A stretch of 64,000 nucleotides of DNA from an uncultured virus (IMG/VR IMGVR_UViG_3300009093_000007) (IMGVR_UViG_3300009093_000007), one strand, 5' to 3'. Positions 38,553-48,773 are shown, counted from the first letter of the stretch. A program made the numbers and translations. Notes: a model not told the origin generated them from the letters alone.

Positions 38553-39857
38553 ATGAACCTTACCCCTCTCTGGCACCACGGCTCTTATCTTTCCACTGTC
38601 TGGGATGACATGCAATCCCGCGGCGTGCCTGTCCACATAGCCTCACTCCGCCAACTCGCCGCCGATCTAGAGTCCTCTATGCGCGGCATTGGCGCCACGC
38701 TATCCTATAATTTCTGGGGCGGTCTACCATTCAATCCTAACTCTCCGCCGCAAGTAGAAGAACTCCTTAGACGTCGTGGCCTAGTCGGATTAGAACGTAA
38801 TTCAAAAGGCGGTTACTCCACTTCCAAAAAATCCATTGAGGGCCTCCGTTACACGGACCCGGCGCTTGCAATGGTATTCGACTGGCGCGAGCATGAGCAT
38901 ATGCTCTCCTCTTTCATCTGGCCTACACTAGACGACATTCCAGACGACTACACAGGCACACACTGGCGTCTCCGTGGTCGTATCAAGAACACCCGCACCA
39001 CGTCACGGCGCCTTGCCGCCGAAGAGCCCAACCCTCTCGCATGGCCGAAACACTCTAAGCTCGCCAAACGGTTGCGCGCCTGTTGCAGTGCGCCAGATGG
39101 ATTCCGCATCCTTGCCGCTGATTACTCACAGATAGAAGTCCGCGGCATGGCTAACGCATCCGGTGATCGGTTAATGTGTGACATCTTCAACCGCGATCCG
39201 GCCCGTTATTCCAAACTCGACCGCGATTTCCATATCCAGACAGCGTCTCACCTATTCGGAGTGGCACCGGCCGATGTCGATGACGATTCGCAACGAACAC
39301 CGTCTAAGCGTATTACATTCGGAGTAGGCTACGGTCTACGTGGTCATGGTCTAGCCGCTCAACTCCAATCCTTCGGCATCACCGGATGGCCTGAAGATCG
39401 TTGCGAGGAATTTATCCGTGAATGGTATAGACTATACTCCGGATTCGCTCGTTACGCTGAAGACTGTGCACGCGAGGCGAAGCGCACAGGAATATGTTTC
39501 GATGAATGGGGAATGCCTAGGTACGTACCAGGGGTATGGTCGCGGACGCCGAAAATAGCGGCAGAATCTGCCCGACACTTCGTATCCCACCGTATTCAAG
39601 GGTGGGCACAGGGATTGATTCAGAACGCCATGAGGGCGCTTAAACCTGTCATCCTTGACTGGCAAGATAACGGATTGCCCATCTATTGGCTATTACAAGA
39701 ACACGATGCGCTGGTATTCGAAGCGGGCGAAGACACTGTCGACACAGTCAAACCCGTAATCGTCAACGCCATGGTCCATCATCACGGGTTACGAACGTGT
39801 AAGGTGCCTATCGAGGTAGACGTGAAAGTGACTAAAGCCTGGGGGAGTAAATCGTGA
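38553..39857 (+). CDS. polA: family A DNA polymerase, polymerase domain
   Basis: FNPNSPPQV, ADYSQIEVR (A), KRITFGVGYG (B), IQG.A, EHDAL (C). Confidence 0.92.
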   Translation: MNLTPLWHHGSYLSTVWDDMQSRGVPVHIASLRQLAADLESSMRGIGATLSYNFWGGLPFNPNSPPQVEELLRRRGLVGLERNSKGGYSTSKKSIEGLRYTDPALAMVFDWREHEHMLSSFIWPTLDDIPDDYTGTHWRLRGRIKNTRTTSRRLAAEEPNPLAWPKHSKLAKRLRACCSAPDGFRILAADYSQIEVRGMANASGDRLMCDIFNRDPARYSKLDRDFHIQTASHLFGVAPADVDDDSQRTPSKRITFGVGYGLRGHGLAAQLQSFGITGWPEDRCEEFIREWYRLYSGFARYAEDCAREAKRTGICFDEWGMPRYVPGVWSRTPKIAAESARHFVSHRIQGWAQGLIQNAMRALKPVILDWQDNGLPIYWLLQEHDALVFEAGEDTVDTVKPVIVNAMVHHHGLRTCKVPIEVDVKVTKAWGSKS

Positions 39858-39929
39858 CAGAACAAGAATTAAAAGAATTGCGTCTAAAATCGGTCCTACC
39901 CCATTTAGTTCAAGTAGGAGAGCGCTAAA

Positions 39930-40421
39930 ATGCCCGACGACAACATCAACCGCACGACCGACCTATCTAAGCTAACCGAGATCAATCCCGGTCTCGCCGA
40001 CGTATTATCCTCTCTACTATCCGAGTACACTTCCCTAGCTGATACCATCGACTCCGCCAAATCCCGCCAAGTAGAGATAATGTCAATCGTCAAACCGCTG
40101 GCGGAATCGGCGCAGTTGAAATCCGTGAAATCCGCCGAATGGACTCTATCGCGCACGAAGGGCCGGACCGGTGCTACATCCGTATATCTGCCCGGACTGC
40201 TATCATATGGTATCACAGCAGACGCGTTAATCCATTCGATTAACAAAATCGATATCAACTCTCTCAGTCAACCTAAGCTAATCACAGAGTACGGTGTGCA
40301 TATCGAAGTGTTAAAAGTTGCGCTCGAATCGTCATCGAACAAAGAGCCGGATGGGAAAGCGTTTTACACTGTGCGACGTAAAAACGACAAAAGCGATAAT
40401 GGCAAGGACGGTGAAAAGTGA
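39930..40421 (+). CDS. hypothetical protein
   Basis: AGGAG RBS. Confidence 0.6.
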   Translation: MPDDNINRTTDLSKLTEINPGLADVLSSLLSEYTSLADTIDSAKSRQVEIMSIVKPLAESAQLKSVKSAEWTLSRTKGRTGATSVYLPGLLSYGITADALIHSINKIDINSLSQPKLITEYGVHIEVLKVALESSSNKEPDGKAFYTVRRKNDKSDNGKDGEK

Positions 40422-41341
40422 CGTTACAGCCTATTACTTTGACCGATCCGATTGGCCCTAAAACCCCTGTTCTAGACTACGGCTACATCCAAGCTATCGA
40501 GGCTTGGGGATGTGACGAGAGGGTAATCGAAGCGGCACGTATGAGCACAGGAAAAGGGTTTCTGGGATGGGGTAATTCTACCTATATAGAGTGTCTTAAC
40601 CCTAACGGATCGTGTGTCGGCTACTCATGGCAAACAAATTCATCCGAAAACGATGCTATAACCGAAAGAACAGATTTAGGGCTAGGAATGCGGTGTCCGT
40701 TTTGTTCGGCTGTATTGGTTGTGAACAAGGCTAAGTCGCGCATAGGAGACGGAAAACTACTCCGTTACCTCTACGAACACAAACACGCTACACCGTTCGA
40801 GATGGCTGGCCTAGTAATCGAAGTACAAGCCCCCATCTTTGTCTTCCGTGAATGGCGCACACATCGAACGTGTACACAGATAGAAGAGGAGATGTTTTGG
40901 GACGACGCGTACAGTGAGATGTCGGCACGTTACACACCATTACCATACCTGAATTATATCCCAACTATCGAACGCTTGCTCATCAATAGCAAACCCAACA
41001 AGCAAGCCGGAACGGTCAAAGGTGCCGACGAATTAACCGAAGAAAAAGCACTAGAATTTCAAGCCGCTCTCTCCTCCGAGTATGAATATCAAGAGAAAGT
41101 CTATCAGACTGCTCTGGCTAACGGTGTACCCAAAGAGTTAGCCCGCGTACATCTCCCTGTAGGCCGCTATTCCCGCATGCGGGCGTCTGCCAACCTGCGC
41201 AATTGGTTGGCATTCTTGACCCTCCGAATGGACTCAGCCGCTCAATACGAAATCCGCCAATACGCGAACGAGGTAGGCGTAATCATCTCACAACTATACC
41301 CGCGTACATGGGAATTATTCATCGAAGGTAAGAATGGTTAA
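40418..41341 (+). CDS. thyX: flavin-dependent thymidylate synthase
   Basis: EAARMS, H.TPFEM, APIFV.R.W..HR, SEMSARY, ELAR..LP, NLRNW..FL.LR....AQYEIR. Confidence 0.9.
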   Translation: MTLQPITLTDPIGPKTPVLDYGYIQAIEAWGCDERVIEAARMSTGKGFLGWGNSTYIECLNPNGSCVGYSWQTNSSENDAITERTDLGLGMRCPFCSAVLVVNKAKSRIGDGKLLRYLYEHKHATPFEMAGLVIEVQAPIFVFREWRTHRTCTQIEEEMFWDDAYSEMSARYTPLPYLNYIPTIERLLINSKPNKQAGTVKGADELTEEKALEFQAALSSEYEYQEKVYQTALANGVPKELARVHLPVGRYSRMRASANLRNWLAFLTLRMDSAAQYEIRQYANEVGVIISQLYPRTWELFIEGKNG

Positions 41342-41356
41342 AGGAGATAGCCACAA

Positions 41357-41692
41357 GTGACTAAAGACGAATTCGCCAACCTGCTCGAATGTATCCAAGA
41401 CGAAGAGAAACAAGTCCGTTGTGAGGGTCAAGCGGAATATGCCCACGATGATTCGAATTGTTTCGCTAATTTCGACCGCGTAGCGGCTGCACTACACACG
41501 ACTAGAGAAAAAGTCCTATTAACCTACGCCATGAAGCATTTCGACGGCATCATCGCCTACGTCAACGGCCATACATCGCAACGTGAAGACGTACGCGGCA
41601 GAATCAAAGACTTGCGGATGTACATGGCTTTACTCCGTGGCATGGTAGACGAACGTGACAAAGAAGCCGCTATAGCGGAGATAGATCAATGA
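41357..41692 (+). CDS. all-alpha NTP-pyrophosphatase-like (DUF1599-type) protein
   Basis: EYA...FANF..VA...KH.D.I...E....RI.D...Y. Confidence 0.6.
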   Translation: MTKDEFANLLECIQDEEKQVRCEGQAEYAHDDSNCFANFDRVAAALHTTREKVLLTYAMKHFDGIIAYVNGHTSQREDVRGRIKDLRMYMALLRGMVDERDKEAAIAEIDQ

Positions 41693-41913
41693 AATTCCGC
41701 CTTGTCTGGTACGACACATCCGAATCCATCAAATACCAAGCACCATGTGAAAACCGCTACGAATACTTCGGCGACCGTCAATCTATATGGCGACTGTGGT
41801 TTGAGCTAGTCGAAGAGCGAGGATGTAAACACGTAGAGGTGTATAACCTAGCCGGTGAGAAATGCGATATGTTCAAGGGTATTAACGGCGGTATGAGGGA
41901 GCATGCATTATGA
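41689..41913 (+). CDS. hypothetical protein
   Basis: ATGA overlap, GGAG RBS. Confidence 0.55.
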   Translation: MKFRLVWYDTSESIKYQAPCENRYEYFGDRQSIWRLWFELVEERGCKHVEVYNLAGEKCDMFKGINGGMREHAL

Positions 41914-42143
41914 GCCTGTATCGATACGGATCGTGCAACGATGACACTGGCCGCGCGTGGCTAGACTCTTACGGATGTCTACTCTTCGGTAAATATAGCG
42001 GCGACGATGTTAACAACGCAGCTAAAAAAGATCCAGACTACCTACGCTGGATGCTAGAAAATGTAGAAGACATGAACTATGACGATAGAGAAACTATCCA
42101 AGGTGTGCTTGACTTCGCCGCACGAGGCAAGAGATACCAGTAG
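41910..42143 (+). CDS. ExoX C-terminal/DUF3820-like small protein
   Basis: FGKY.G......DPDYLRW. Confidence 0.65.
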   Translation: MSLYRYGSCNDDTGRAWLDSYGCLLFGKYSGDDVNNAAKKDPDYLRWMLENVEDMNYDDRETIQGVLDFAARGKRYQ

Positions 42144-42157
42144 CGGGTGACGAGCGT

Positions 42158-42826
42158 ATGGCACACTTAGGTCCTAGTCGTAACGCCGTCATCGGTGAAG
42201 GTGTCGATTCCAACCCACGACCTTATATTAAGTCGGAGTCTGAGTCTGTGTCATCACCTGCCACCACCATTATACCCGACCCTGATCCTATCCCCTCTAT
42301 AATCCCCCTACCCTCGCCCGACGACAACGAACACGGTTACAACTTAACCCACTTGGAATATCGTATTCTTCAAACACTACTCACTCGTCCGCTCGGCGAG
42401 GGCATCCCGTCTGTCGCCAAACGAGCCCGTACGTCCGTCCTATGTGTTAAGCGTGCGCTATCCAATCCGATCTTCTCCGCGGCGTTGCAGCGTGAAGTTG
42501 AACTTGACCTCGGTTCGCATCGTCCTATTGTCGCCGCCGAACTCTTACGTATCGCTACTACTCCGTCTCATCCTAGACAGCTTCAAGCTATCGAGACTTA
42601 TTTCCAACGTCTAGACGGGCTGAAGATTGACGTTAACGTAACCGGGCCTAGCGACCGCTTCCCGTGGCACGTACTGAGTATAGAGACCCGGCGGCGAGTG
42701 TTAGAGGAACTAGAGATAGCGGCCGCGGCAGGTAAGACAGACACAGGGTTGATACGTACATTATCATCGTCATACGAAGACGGTGTCCATACCGATAACA
42801 TTATAGACGCCGAACTAAGCAAGTGA
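42158..42826 (+). CDS. HTH protein, candidate terminase small subunit
   Basis: IPSVAKRA.TS...VKRAL..P.F HTH; KIDVNVTG C-terminal strand. Confidence 0.4.
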   Translation: MAHLGPSRNAVIGEGVDSNPRPYIKSESESVSSPATTIIPDPDPIPSIIPLPSPDDNEHGYNLTHLEYRILQTLLTRPLGEGIPSVAKRARTSVLCVKRALSNPIFSAALQREVELDLGSHRPIVAAELLRIATTPSHPRQLQAIETYFQRLDGLKIDVNVTGPSDRFPWHVLSIETRRRVLEELEIAAAAGKTDTGLIRTLSSSYEDGVHTDNIIDAELSK

Positions 42827-42965
42827 GCGATAACTTATATCTTACGCTCCACTCTCCCTCTATCCCCTCTCCTCGACCTATGTTAACCTACTGACTGCAC
42901 TTATCTTACGATCCTATGGCCTACCTTTCGCATCGTGGTAGTTACGAACTTCCTCTACACCTCTT

Positions 42966-43979
42966 TTGACCGGAGGCTGTCACGTGGCATTGCGCTCGCA
43001 CCGCTCGAATGTCCTACCGTTTAATAACCTTGATAGCCAAAGTTCACATGACGAAGATGCCGTAAACACACTGGACGATGATGCCGTAAAACCTCGTATA
43101 GGCCCTCTGTCAGGACCTCTGGCCGAAGCACTCGGTGCCATTCTACAATCCCACACAGTCTCCCCTGTCACAACCCCGCCACTCGCCGAAAACGTCCACC
43201 CTCCGATGCCGACAGGCGCCGTGTCATGGTCAATGCCGCAACCGTTGCCGTCTGTAGGACCACCACCCTCGCCACCTACCGCCCCTCGCCGTTTAGTCAG
43301 TCGCCGACAATCCACCATATCGCACACCCCTATATCAATGGTGGATGTGGACGATTCCACCGCCAACCCCGTTCCGTATAGCCTACTACACGAGGTTATC
43401 GTCAACCGCGACCTATACACAGCCGACGACAAAGCACACACTGTCAAAGTCTACGACTACCCCTCAACGATTAAAAACGCTCTCTCTCGTGTAGTCTACA
43501 CAGTCGCTGACCCCTCCCACCGTCCCACACAAAGTCTCCTTCTCGTCTGCGCTATCCATCATGGCCTAGACGTATTAGAACTCGATAACGTCACAGAGTC
43601 GATGGACGATTTCCGCGCACGTCTATGTGGCCCGTCTTCCGGCTGGCTACCAGAGCGATACTATCAACAATTTGCTACGTGGATAGACAACCTCCCCATT
43701 CGGCCGGAATCATACGGCGACCGCACATCGATATTACAACTCCGACTGCCCGAAGGTATTTACAACCGTGTGTGCAAATTGGCAGGGGTACTAGGAACGC
43801 CGCTATCAACTATTGTGATAGTGAGCGCTATGGCAGGACTAGCTAGCCAGGACAATCTGCGCGAGTACGTCGATATGTTTAGCTCGGCCGTGTCTAGGTT
43901 CAGATCACTAGTGCGGGTTAGACTGGCTATGTATAGAGCAATGTTGACGGCGTTGGAGAGTGAGTACAACAGCCGTTAA
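42966..43979 (+). CDS. hypothetical protein with C-terminal RHH-like segment
   Basis: LQLRLPEGIYNRVCKLAGVLGTPLSTIV; GGAGG before GTG near 42984. Confidence 0.55.
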   Translation: MTGGCHVALRSHRSNVLPFNNLDSQSSHDEDAVNTLDDDAVKPRIGPLSGPLAEALGAILQSHTVSPVTTPPLAENVHPPMPTGAVSWSMPQPLPSVGPPPSPPTAPRRLVSRRQSTISHTPISMVDVDDSTANPVPYSLLHEVIVNRDLYTADDKAHTVKVYDYPSTIKNALSRVVYTVADPSHRPTQSLLLVCAIHHGLDVLELDNVTESMDDFRARLCGPSSGWLPERYYQQFATWIDNLPIRPESYGDRTSILQLRLPEGIYNRVCKLAGVLGTPLSTIVIVSAMAGLASQDNLREYVDMFSSAVSRFRSLVRVRLAMYRAMLTALESEYNSR

Positions 43980-43982
43980 ATG

Positions 43983-44216
43983 TTATTCGATATCATCACC
44001 GCCGCCTAGCGCAAAGCCTAGCGCAAAGTCAAGCGACTCTTTTATTATAGCTTGTTCAAACTCTTCTGCCTCTATTATCTCCGCTATACATTTGCCGCGA
44101 CTCCATGGACCATCCGCGTCCGCAATGATTCGCAACTGTCTGATAGTGTAAGGGGCATCACACAGTCGCTCTATACGGCCTAGCATGTTCTGGAATGCGT
44201 TAGTCGAGTCGCTCAT
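43983..44216 (-). CDS. hypothetical protein
   Basis: AGGAG RBS; overlap with upstream gene. Confidence 0.55.
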   Translation of the reverse strand: MSDSTNAFQNMLGRIERLCDAPYTIRQLRIIADADGPWSRGKCIAEIIEAEEFEQAIIKESLDFALGFALGGGDDIE

Positions 44217-45043
44217 ATACGCTCTCCTATCTTCTTATCCGGCGCTACTAGCCCGCCCCTAGCCTTACCGCCGATATTAACCTTGTCGCCGTGGCTATAA
44301 CCTGAGTCATAACCATCATCGGACGATACTCTGCTATTCAATGGCGCCGGTCTCAATCCGAGATCTTTCTGCGCTTCCGCAATCGCAACCTTGCGCTTGT
44401 CTAGCACGATTAAAGCACCGCCTGTCGCCGTTTTCATACCGGCATAGTACTCCTCTATGATCCTAGTTGCTACACGCGCCGCACATCCCAGTCTAAACGA
44501 ATTCTTCCAAGCCGATCTTCCTCGACCCGATTCGTTACCCTCATCCATCATAAAATACGGATCATACTCTTTGCGCCAACGATATTCATTATCCGCGGCG
44601 TCTGATATCTGTCTGCAAATCATATCTTGCAGATATTTGAACGCTTCTAGGTCGCCCCTGCGTCCTGTCGCTCTGATCTGCCCACCGTATGTGAACATTT
44701 TACAGCCGCATACCGTCTGCAATGCCCTAGCGATCCTCATTCGCCACGCAATGCGATGTCCCTTGACCTTACCATCTATTTCACCGTGTGATATATCCAA
44801 CCTCTCTTCCTCGCCGGCCGAGTCGATGATAGTGGCCTCATCTATGTTATACTCTATCATCAGCTTAGCGGCAGCGGCGGCGGCATTGGATGCCTCACCC
44901 TCTGTCGTCTTGGACCGATCACGGTCCGCTAGTGCTAAGAACTTGCGGATGCGGTCGATTACCTTACTACTTACACCTGTCGTCTGCCCACTAGTACCGT
45001 TCACAGTCACCCTCCGCATTATGATTGTCGACAAGGATAGCAT
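44213..45043 (-). CDS. DUF2786-like protein
   Basis: RIRKFLALA...TEGEA..A...A.KLM.EYNI; SFRLG. Confidence 0.75.
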   Translation of the reverse strand: MLSLSTIIMRRVTVNGTSGQTTGVSSKVIDRIRKFLALADRDRSKTTEGEASNAAAAAAKLMIEYNIDEATIIDSAGEEERLDISHGEIDGKVKGHRIAWRMRIARALQTVCGCKMFTYGGQIRATGRRGDLEAFKYLQDMICRQISDAADNEYRWRKEYDPYFMMDEGNESGRGRSAWKNSFRLGCAARVATRIIEEYYAGMKTATGGALIVLDKRKVAIAEAQKDLGLRPAPLNSRVSSDDGYDSGYSHGDKVNIGGKARGGLVAPDKKIGERI

Positions 45044-45260
45044 TCCCCGCGAGGAGCGCGCGCCTGGCTGATTCCAAAAGAGGACGATCGATTCCGAAGA
45101 ATTCGTCTAGTAGGTTGTCCAGTGATCGATAAGCCTTCCAAGTCCATTCGAGAGCGGCATTAGGGCCGCGCGTCGCGTCTGCGATGAATTCTTCGATTGC
45201 GCACCTTGCGATGGCGTGTGAGGCCCATTTTTCGAGTTCCGCTGCCTCTTCATGTGTCAT
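44991..45260 (-). CDS. hypothetical protein
   Basis: AAGGAG RBS. Confidence 0.55.
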   Translation of the reverse strand: MTHEEAAELEKWASHAIARCAIEEFIADATRGPNAALEWTWKAYRSLDNLLDEFFGIDRPLLESARRALLAGNAILVDNHNAEGDCERY

Positions 45261-45317
45261 TCGGATCTGTTCTCCTTTCTTTTCCTTGTAACCATACCTT
45301 CCCCGATCGGTTTGAAT

Positions 45318-45695
45318 TCATAACCCGACTAAGCGCATAGCGCACCGATTAGAGCATACAGGGTAGTTGCCGCGCATGATTATATCGGCTTCAGCTATCC
45401 GCTTTCCACATTCCTCACGCTCCATGAACCCATCAAACTCTTCATAGAAACTATTACCTTTGGTCGGGAATTGGTCTTTGGTGGGATCGTGAATCGTTCC
45501 GTCAGGAGCTACACACCACCAATGCTGCTCTAACGTACCCCATATAGGTTCATAGTAGAATCCGCGTACTAAGCGTAAATCTAGGTCAGGACGTGAAGCG
45601 ATAAGCTCTTCTGACATTTTCTTGCACCTGCCGCGATACTTAGCATAATCGGAATCGTGTATCACTCCCATTTTCGATACCCACCTTTCACTCAA
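45318..45695 (-). CDS. hypothetical protein (C...HWW...D pattern)
   Basis: RGRC, HWWC, HDPT..QF. Confidence 0.6.
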   Translation of the reverse strand: MSERWVSKMGVIHDSDYAKYRGRCKKMSEELIASRPDLDLRLVRGFYYEPIWGTLEQHWWCVAPDGTIHDPTKDQFPTKGNSFYEEFDGFMEREECGKRIAEADIIMRGNYPVCSNRCAMRLVGL

Positions 45696-45988
45696 GAATA
45701 CAACGCACTTACGAACTCTTTGATATAACCGATTATGGTGGCTTTATCTGTGGTCTTACTTGGCGTACACAACCTCTCCCACTCATCCTGTGTAAACGAC
45801 AGTCTCACTTCCACTCTACTGCCACCCTTACACTCTCGCCACTTCCGACGCAACCTTTCCACCGCGCTAGGTGCGCCTATCCTCCTGGCCACCTCTATAC
45901 ACGCGGCACGGGCGCTATAACCTTCGTCACGGACTAGGCTAGCAATAGTGTCGAGGTTGATATCGTCGTTAATCGGCAAACGGCTCAT
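45692..45988 (-). CDS. hypothetical protein
   Basis: GGAG RBS; coupled. Confidence 0.55.
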   Translation of the reverse strand: MSRLPINDDINLDTIASLVRDEGYSARAACIEVARRIGAPSAVERLRRKWRECKGGSRVEVRLSFTQDEWERLCTPSKTTDKATIIGYIKEFVSALYS

Positions 45989-46244
45989 TATTTAGTCTCC
46001 GGTAGCGTTCGCGGGCATTCCGGTTGCAGCGTTGACGGCTGGCTTCACGGCGTACGAGCTTAGCGTCAGATTCACAAGCGGGGAAATCGTCCTTAACATA
46101 CCCCGTAATCGCACGTTCGCCGCTCGAATTAGGATCGTACATATAAGCCAAGGGGTAGACTGTACCGTCACGCTCGATCTGGTACCGTACACCCTGATAG
46201 GTCACACGGCACGGTGTGCAGTGGATTGGAGGCTTGCGGTTCAT
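45969..46244 (-). CDS. hypothetical protein
   Basis: ATGA coupling. Confidence 0.55.
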   Translation of the reverse strand: MNRKPPIHCTPCRVTYQGVRYQIERDGTVYPLAYMYDPNSSGERAITGYVKDDFPACESDAKLVRREASRQRCNRNARERYRRLNNEPFAD

Positions 46245-46492
46245 CTTACACTCTCCATGTATGCTTCAATAGCGGCTCGACCGGCTTCGTTTTCGGCCAT
46301 CTTGGTGAGACAGTCCGGGCAGGTAGCCTGCCCGTGTACAGCAGATTTCAACCCTACACGCTTGCCGCACATAGTCTTGACAGTCTTTTGTCCTACGTTC
46401 TCGCGGGTGGACCGAGGGCCAAATACGGACTGTAAAGCCGCATCGATTGCCCCTTCGTCCCATGGTTCATGTACATGATTCGCGGTTGTCAT
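46241..46492 (-). CDS. small CxxC-containing protein
   Basis: GAGGAG RBS before ATG; TMCGK, TCPDC. Confidence 0.55.
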   Translation of the reverse strand: MTTANHVHEPWDEGAIDAALQSVFGPRSTRENVGQKTVKTMCGKRVGLKSAVHGQATCPDCLTKMAENEAGRAAIEAYMESVR

Positions 46493-46520
46493 CGTGTTCT
46501 CCTCGTCTCTCAATAACCAG

Positions 46521-46761
46521 ACTCTAACCCGGGTCGCGATCCACTGTCAACCCTCAAACCGGTTTTCAAGCAAGACTTTACAAATGAAAGTGGGGCGTAA
46601 AGGGCCGGTGAGAGCGAGTCCCTAGAGGAACACGCGCCCGCATAGCAATAATCGTGCCAGCCGGCGAGGATAGCGTGATCGTCCTATTTAGAGGACATTT
46701 GTAAAGTCTTAGCCCGATCTCATCCCGCCCTATTGACAGCCGTTATAACCCATGGCATAGT
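46521..46761. promoter_or_regulatory. divergent early promoters (TTGACA-18-TAGAGT leftward; TTGACA-17-CATAGT rightward) with inverted CATTTGTAAAGTCTT boxes
   Basis: 15-bp inverted repeat at 46572-46586 and 46696-46710. Confidence 0.75.
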
Positions 46762-46767
46762 ACGTTT

Positions 46768-47037
46768 ATGGCAACCGAGATGACAACGAACGACGCCGCT
46801 ACGGCTACCGATATGTACGGCGCAGTCATACGCCCGGGCGACAGCGTGCAAAAGCTAAACCGCGGCGGCATGATCTCTGAGACAGAATGCGCGCCTGATA
46901 CTTGGGGACCCGTCGTCACTGTCGAATCAATCCGCCGTCAAGGGTATGACGGTACTATTCTATACACAGACCGTGCGCCTGATCCTGACTTTCCTTGTCA
47001 CAAGTCTGGCCGCGCAACCGACTTTCGTAAAGTGTAG
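46768..47037 (+). CDS. leaderless hypothetical protein
   Basis: ATG 6 nt after -10. Confidence 0.6.
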   Translation: MATEMTTNDAATATDMYGAVIRPGDSVQKLNRGGMISETECAPDTWGPVVTVESIRRQGYDGTILYTDRAPDPDFPCHKSGRATDFRKV

Positions 47038-47047
47038 AAAGACCATT

Positions 47048-47383
47048 ATGATCATCTACGAGTTCTGGATCAGACCGTTAGGCGAGTCGCAACCCATGAG
47101 CGACGTCTATCACCGCATCGAAGTCCGCAGACGTACAACGAAAAGCGACACAGACGCAGCGCAACGGTTCTACGCCTCATTGAAGGGTACCGCCCCACAC
47201 GATTCTCACTTGGCTAAAGCATGGATGCGAGTGTCGAAGTCGGGTACTTATTCGATCCATATAGCCAGCTACCGCGGTACCGTACTAGAGTCGGCGCAGA
47301 ACGGCCGGCCCGTCAAGTGGATATGGAATCTGTTAGGCGTTGCGGCTACGGAGTGGGATGCCCCTGCGGAGATTGCCTCGTGA
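47048..47383 (+). CDS. hypothetical protein
   Basis: Follows previous stop. Confidence 0.5.
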   Translation: MIIYEFWIRPLGESQPMSDVYHRIEVRRRTTKSDTDAAQRFYASLKGTAPHDSHLAKAWMRVSKSGTYSIHIASYRGTVLESAQNGRPVKWIWNLLGVAATEWDAPAEIAS

Positions 47384-47569
47384 ACGCTCTCTCCCACTCC
47401 ACCATACGTGTCCCGTGCATCGCCCGCATTCACTCTCTCGCCCGCGCGCTCGCCCGCGGGTCGATATGGTCGAACGGGTGACACGTGCGCTAACCTATCT
47501 ACTCTTTCGTGAAGAGCGAGCGGCACGACGTCGCGGATGGAAGCCTAAGACGCTGGGACGGTATTGACT

Positions 47570-47743
47570 ATGCTCGAAACTGGCGACTGGTACAATTGCA
47601 CTCACGAATGGACCATCTACGGCGACTTCGAGTTAGGCGACGTCCCCGGTGCTGGACCGCGCGAGGAGGTTGTGTGCGTCAAGTGCGGTTGCCCGGGTGA
47701 GCGATACACGGAAGCCGGCGAAGTTGAATGGCCTACGACGTAA
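47570..47743 (+). CDS. 57-aa Zn-finger-like protein (C.H.W...CVKCG) (not in ORF track)
   Basis: MLETGDWYNCTHEWTIYG...VCVKCGCPGE. Confidence 0.5.
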   Translation: MLETGDWYNCTHEWTIYGDFELGDVPGAGPREEVVCVKCGCPGERYTEAGEVEWPTT

Positions 47744-47757
47744 AAAGGGGGTGTACT

Positions 47758-48087
47758 ATGATTATCGAGATCGGCGACAACGGCCTACGTTCGCACTACC
47801 ACTACACTTCTTACGAAATCGACGACGCCACCGCCACTTCGCCTGCCGAAGCTGCCTATCAAGCTATCCGCCTACAATACCCATTCTTGACCGATGACAA
47901 CCATACGTGGCAAGCTGTGGACTATGGGCCTACACGACCCGGTGTGTCAAAGCATTTGATCGCGCTACAAAAATTAACGGACTCGTCAAGGTACAATATC
48001 ACTATAAACCACACTAACCCGTCCGGGTGGTCCGGTCTACTCTACTGGTTCTCAGTGGCCTATAGGGTACCAGGCGAACTGTATTGA
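47758..48087 (+). CDS. hypothetical protein
   Basis: AGGGGG RBS. Confidence 0.55.
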   Translation: MIIEIGDNGLRSHYHYTSYEIDDATATSPAEAAYQAIRLQYPFLTDDNHTWQAVDYGPTRPGVSKHLIALQKLTDSSRYNITINHTNPSGWSGLLYWFSVAYRVPGELY

Positions 48088-48099
48088 CCACGGCAGACA

Positions 48100-48169
48100 C
48101 TTACGCCCCACTTTCATTTGTAAAGCCTGATTTTACCCTCTTGACTGGGTCGCAACCCACTGATAGGCT
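48100..48169 (+). promoter_or_regulatory. promoter TTGACT-17-TAGGCT with upstream repeat module
   Basis: TTACGCCCCACTTTCATTTGTAAAG is the exact inverse of 46576-46600. Confidence 0.75.
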
Positions 48170-48175
48170 CTAACC

Positions 48176-48436
48176 ATGGCAACCAACGTACACGGCTACG
48201 TCTACCACAGCGGCGCCATCGACCACCGTACCGTCTATACCCCTACCCCTTGGCAACGTAACCCGCTCAACATTCGCACCGACGCCGACGAGCCTATCCA
48301 ATACTGGCGCGACGGCGATATGATTACAGCTGTATCATCGGCCGCCGCACAGGATCTAGTCCGTCGTGGCAAAGCGTTCGTTATCACATCGTACGCCATC
48401 GGCGCGCTAGACGAGAAAGGAAGGTTGGCGTCATGA
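48176..48436 (+). CDS. leaderless hypothetical protein
   Basis: ATG 6 nt after -10. Confidence 0.6.
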   Translation: MATNVHGYVYHSGAIDHRTVYTPTPWQRNPLNIRTDADEPIQYWRDGDMITAVSSAAAQDLVRRGKAFVITSYAIGALDEKGRLAS

Positions 48437-48699
48437 CTGATTTCACCATCGGCCCCACAGGCTACACACTACTCCCTAGGTCCACCGGCCACGTCGCCTT
48501 TGATGGTCCGCACGAATACTTCATTTCACTCGGTGCAATCTACCGCGCACATACGTCCGACAGTGTCATCGGCGGCTCCGGCTACCGTCCAGCGCAATAC
48601 GTCTGTACCACAGCCGACGTCTACTACGACCGCCCTAGTGCAAATAGACTACCGCCTGAAACGATCCTCGAAGTCATCCGCCGCACGATGGACGTCTAA
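48433..48699 (+). CDS. hypothetical protein
   Basis: ATGA coupling. Confidence 0.55.
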   Translation: MTDFTIGPTGYTLLPRSTGHVAFDGPHEYFISLGAIYRAHTSDSVIGGSGYRPAQYVCTTADVYYDRPSANRLPPETILEVIRRTMDV

Positions 48700-48715
48700 A
48701 CAAGAGCTAACCACA

Positions 48716-48764
48716 CTTACGCTCCACTTAACCTATTGACACTCTAACTGCCATGGTATACACT
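48716..48764 (+). promoter_or_regulatory. promoter TTGACA-17-TACACT with CTTACGCTCCACT box
   Basis: Consensus match. Confidence 0.7.
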
Positions 48765-48773
48765 CTAACCATC

